Origin: an uncultured Pelagibacteraceae bacterium
Lineage (GTDB): Bacteria; Pseudomonadota; Alphaproteobacteria; Pelagibacterales; Pelagibacteraceae
Length of the DNA stretch: 64,000 nt
Assembly (NCBI GenBank): GCA_902524535.1
Contig: CABZDR010000004.1
Span: forward strand, 11,902-75,901
Reading direction: 5' to 3'
Below are positions 60,493 to 64,000 of the stretch, piece by piece. A program made the translations under genes and the position numbers. How positions within the stretch are numbered: the first letter of the stretch is position 1; every line of letters starts with the position of its first letter. The notes under the pieces are model-generated. The model searched no databases. It saw only the letters and a program-made list of their open reading frames with translations, and was not told the DNA's origin.

Positions 60493-61721
60493 TTTCTACA
60501 TTAGAAAAAGAAATTACATTTAGATTTCTTAAAGCCAGAAAAAAAGATGGTTTTTTGAATATAATTTCAATTTTTTCATTCATTGGTATCTCTTTAGGAG
60601 TAGCTGTTTTGATAATTGTTATGTCAGTAATGAATGGCTTTAGGACTGAGTTAATTAACAAAATTGTTGGATTTAATGCCCACATAACTGTTAAGCCTTA
60701 CGAAAAATATATTAGTCCTGATAGATTTAACAATGTGCAACTGAATTCAATTAGTAAAAATTTGATATCAAGTAATTCTGGTGAGGCTATAATAATTCAA
60801 ACCAATGTTTCTAAGGGTATAGTTTTAAGAGGTTATTCTCAAAAAGATTTTTCGAAATTAAAGATGATTAAAGATGACACCTTTGTGGGAGATAGAAATA
60901 ATCTAAAAAAAAATTATATATCAATCGGAAAAGAATTAAGTTATACACTTGGACTTGACATAGGAGATGATGTTACAATAATGTCATCCTCAGGAGTTGA
61001 GACTGTCATAGGTAGTCTCCCAAAGAAAAAAATCTTTACTGTCACCTCACTTTTTGAAAGTGGACTAGCAGATTTTGATAATAATATTGCATTCATAAAT
61101 TTGAATACTTTAGATGAATTTTTTAATCTAACTGATAATGATAGGAATTTAGAAATTTATCTAAAAAATCCTCAAAATATTGAAAATCAAAAAATTATTG
61201 TTGAAAAAATTTTTCCAGAGGAATTTGTTTATAGTTGGGCTGATACAAACAGCTCTTTATTTTCTGCTCTTAAAGTAGAAAGAAATGTAATGTTTATTAT
61301 TTTGACCTTAATCATAATAGTTGCTGCTTTCAATATTATTTCTGGTTTAACAATTTTAGTAAAAAATAAAACTCGCGATATAGCTATTTTAAAGTCAATA
61401 GGTGTTTTAAATAAATCTATTGTAAAAATATTTTTTTTGGTTGGTGTAATTATTGGTACTTCGGCAACAATTTTTGGAATTTTATTAGGAGTTATTTTTT
61501 CGATATACATTGAAAATTTGAGAAAATTTTTAAGTAATATTTTTGATATAAGTTTGTTTCCTGAGGAAATCTATTTCTTAAGTACTATGCCCTCAGAAAT
61601 AAGCCCATCATCAATTTTTTTAATTTCTTTGTTTTCAATTTTAATAACAATAATTGTTTCTATATTTCCCGCTTTAAAAGCAGCAAAATTAGATCCTGTC
61701 CAATCACTTAAATATGAATAA
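60489..61721 (+). CDS. lolC: Lipoprotein-releasing ABC transporter permease LolC/E
   Basis: GISLGVAVLIIVMSVMNGF, VAAFNIIS, IAILKSIG, PA.KAAKLDP; directly upstream of lolD. Confidence 0.9.
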   Translation: MISTLEKEITFRFLKARKKDGFLNIISIFSFIGISLGVAVLIIVMSVMNGFRTELINKIVGFNAHITVKPYEKYISPDRFNNVQLNSISKNLISSNSGEAIIIQTNVSKGIVLRGYSQKDFSKLKMIKDDTFVGDRNNLKKNYISIGKELSYTLGLDIGDDVTIMSSSGVETVIGSLPKKKIFTVTSLFESGLADFDNNIAFINLNTLDEFFNLTDNDRNLEIYLKNPQNIENQKIIVEKIFPEEFVYSWADTNSSLFSALKVERNVMFIILTLIIIVAAFNIISGLTILVKNKTRDIAILKSIGVLNKSIVKIFFLVGVIIGTSATIFGILLGVIFSIYIENLRKFLSNIFDISLFPEEIYFLSTMPSEISPSSIFLISLFSILITIIVSIFPALKAAKLDPVQSLKYE

Positions 61722-62391
61722 TTTTATCGAACTTTCAAATCTGAGTAAAGCTTTTGTCACACAAAGAAGAATAAATGTGTTAAAAAAAATTAATTATAAA
61801 TTTAAAAAAGGAAAAATTTATTCACTTATTGGACCATCTGGGTCTGGTAAGTCAACTTTATTGAATATTTTATCGTTAATTGATAGACCTACTTCAGGCT
61901 CAATTTTAATAGAAAATAATCAAATTGATTTTGAAAATTCAAAAAAAAATGATCTTATAAGAGCAAGAAAAATAGGGATAATTTATCAACAAGACAATTT
62001 ACTCTCAGATTTTACTGCTATAGAAAATATATACTTAGCAAGTCTTGCTGCCGGAAATAAAAAAGATTTTGCTATAAAGAAATCTAAAAATTTATTAAGA
62101 AGGGTAGGTCTTACTGGTCGGTCTAATCATTATCCATCACAATTATCTGGTGGTGAAAAACAAAGAATTTCTATTGCAAGAGCTCTAATTAATAATCCTC
62201 AAATAATTTTAGCTGATGAACCAACTGGTAGTCTGGATTTAGATACTGCAAAAAGTGTTTTCGAAATATTAAAAAAACAAATAAACCCAAATAGAATAAT
62301 TATATTTGCAACTCATAATAGATTTTTTGCAGATAAGTCAGATTGCTTGTTAGAAATAGTTAATGGTAATATAAATACCATTGATGCCTGA
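61714..62391 (+). CDS. lolD: Lipoprotein-releasing ABC transporter ATPase LolD
   Basis: GPSGSGKST, LSGGEKQR, LADEPTG.LD, ATHN. Confidence 0.9.
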   Translation: MNNFIELSNLSKAFVTQRRINVLKKINYKFKKGKIYSLIGPSGSGKSTLLNILSLIDRPTSGSILIENNQIDFENSKKNDLIRARKIGIIYQQDNLLSDFTAIENIYLASLAAGNKKDFAIKKSKNLLRRVGLTGRSNHYPSQLSGGEKQRISIARALINNPQIILADEPTGSLDLDTAKSVFEILKKQINPNRIIIFATHNRFFADKSDCLLEIVNGNINTIDA

Positions 62392-64000
62392 GTCTATTAT
62401 TCAAAATTTTAATCATTTAAAAATTCATTCTCAATATTCGATTTGTGAAGGAGCAGTAAAAATAGATGATCTAAAGGATTTTTATAAAAAAAACAACATA
62501 AGAGCTTTAGGCTTGAGCGATACATCTAATCTGTGTGGAGCTTTAGAGTTTTCTGAAAAAATATCAAAAATAGGCGTACAACCTATAATCGGAACTCAAA
62601 TAAACTTCAAATTTAATGATACAATAGGCTTGATACCTTTGTATGCTTTGAATGAAAATGGATATAAAAGAATAATTGAATTATCATCATTATCATATCT
62701 AAATAACAATCAAAATAATGAACCATATTTAATTTTTGACGAGTTATTGAAATCTAATGATGGTATTTCATTATTTTCTGGCACAGTAAATGGTTTATTC
62801 GGCCAATTATTTGATAAGGGAAAATTTAAAGAAATTGAACAATTATACTCAAAACTTAAATTTACATATAAAGATTATTTTTATATTGAAATACAACGAC
62901 ATGGTGATGCTAACGAAAATGCCTTTGAAAAATTTAACTTATCAAAGTCTTCAGCTTTAGAAATACCAATAATTGCAACAAACGAAGTCTATTATATTAA
63001 CAAAATAATGCATGATGCTCATGATGCTTTAATCTGCATTAAAAATAAAACATATATTAATGAAAAAAACAGAGTAAAATTAAGTGATCAGCACTACTTG
63101 AAGAATAATTCTGAAATGTCGGAATTATTTTCTGATTTACCCGAAGCTTTAGAAAATAATTATAATTTTCCATACAGGTGTAGTTTTAGACCAGTATTTT
63201 CAAAACCAATTTTACCAAATATTAGTTCAGAAAAAGGTGGTGATGCAGATGAAATATTAAAAAAAGAATCTTTGGAGGGACTAAACAACAAATTTAAAAA
63301 TGTTCTTAAAAATGAAAATAACAACCTCTCATCAAATACGAATTATTTAAAGTATAAAGACAGATTGGATCACGAGTTGAATATTATTATAGAAATGAAA
63401 TACGCTAGTTATTTTTTGATTGTTTCTGACTATATTAAGTGGGCAAAAAATAATGATATTCCTGTTGGACCTGGTAGAGGTTCTGGTGCTGGATCATTGG
63501 TTGCTTGGTGTTTATCTATAACAGATGTTGATCCAATCAAATTTAATCTTATTTTTGAAAGATTTTTAAATCCAGATCGAATATCCATGCCTGATTTTGA
63601 TATCGATTTTTGTGAAGAAAAAAGAGATTTAGTTTTTGAATATTTGACCAAAAAATATGAGAATAATGTTGCACATATTATCACTTTTGGGAAATTGAAA
63701 GCTAGAATGGTAATAAGAGATGTCGGAAGAGTATTAGGTTTGGCATATGGATTTGTCGATAATATTTCAAAAATGATACCTTTTGACCCCTCAAGACCAC
63801 AAAATTTATCTGATTGTATAGCTGGTGAACCTAGACTTCAAAAATTAATAAAGGATGACCCTAGAGTAAAGAAACTTATAAATCTTTCACTAAAGCTAGA
63901 GGGCTTGAATAGAAATTTTGCAACTCATGCTGCAGGCGTTGTAATTGCAGATAAAAAATTAACAGAAGCAGTACCCTTATATAAAGATCCCTCATCAACT
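62384..64000 (+). CDS. dnaE: DNA polymerase III subunit alpha (partial, runs off window end)
   Basis: Read manually: MPESIIQNFNHLKIHSQYSICEGA (PHP domain) ... GPGRGSGAGSLVA, FERFLNPDRISMPDFDIDF, THAAGVVI. Absent from the ORF track because it has no stop in the window. Confidence 0.97.
   Translation, partial: MPESIIQNFNHLKIHSQYSICEGAVKIDDLKDFYKKNNIRALGLSDTSNLCGALEFSEKISKIGVQPIIGTQINFKFNDTIGLIPLYALNENGYKRIIELSSLSYLNNNQNNEPYLIFDELLKSNDGISLFSGTVNGLFGQLFDKGKFKEIEQLYSKLKFTYKDYFYIEIQRHGDANENAFEKFNLSKSSALEIPIIATNEVYYINKIMHDAHDALICIKNKTYINEKNRVKLSDQHYLKNNSEMSELFSDLPEALENNYNFPYRCSFRPVFSKPILPNISSEKGGDADEILKKESLEGLNNKFKNVLKNENNNLSSNTNYLKYKDRLDHELNIIIEMKYASYFLIVSDYIKWAKNNDIPVGPGRGSGAGSLVAWCLSITDVDPIKFNLIFERFLNPDRISMPDFDIDFCEEKRDLVFEYLTKKYENNVAHIITFGKLKARMVIRDVGRVLGLAYGFVDNISKMIPFDPSRPQNLSDCIAGEPRLQKLIKDDPRVKKLINLSLKLEGLNRNFATHAAGVVIADKKLTEAVPLYKDPSST

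Noticed and set aside
40838-63684. Antisense or nested ORFs over the methyltransferase, nuo genes, proS, lolC and dnaE (including 63430-63684)
   Set aside because: Shadow frames; 63430-63684 is the reverse strand of the dnaE GPGRGSGAGS region.
1-64000. CRISPR arrays, rRNA, IS elements, riboswitches
   Set aside because: No regularly spaced repeats, transposase motifs or long structured non-coding tracts seen. A covariance-model search would be needed to exclude small RNAs formally.

Overview
Very AT-rich, tightly packed alphaproteobacterial chromosome segment. Composition, tiny intergenic spacers and gene content point to Pelagibacterales/SAR11 (inference, not a database result). The right half is conserved core: tRNA-Leu, tig-clpP-clpX-lon, tRNA-Val, tRNA-Asp, nuoA-N, birA, coaX, rnj, proS, lolC/E-lolD and the start of dnaE. 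Two accessory methyltransferases sit between lon and tRNA-Val. The left half holds recX, cysQ, mnmA, metC and pabBAC, then a ~21 kb organosulfonate/sulfite supercluster: a HIT hydrolase, aprM-aprB-aprA plus an uncharacterised follower ORF, TauE- and YeiH/TauZ-type exporters, suyBA head-to-head with xsc, a GMC oxidoreductase-TerC-HpsO-like SDR operon, and a divergent TRAP transporter followed by an NCS1 permease and a second SDR. No sat (ATP sulfurylase) is in the window. The most interesting hypothesis is a self-contained sulfonate -> sulfite -> APS oxidation module in which the adjacent HIT protein replaces Sat. I also read several small ORFs missed by the ORF track (including a 27-aa Lys/Arg-rich peptide), palindromic operator candidates, and an NrdR-box-like site upstream of clpX. 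No CRISPR array, rRNA, transposase or integrase was seen.
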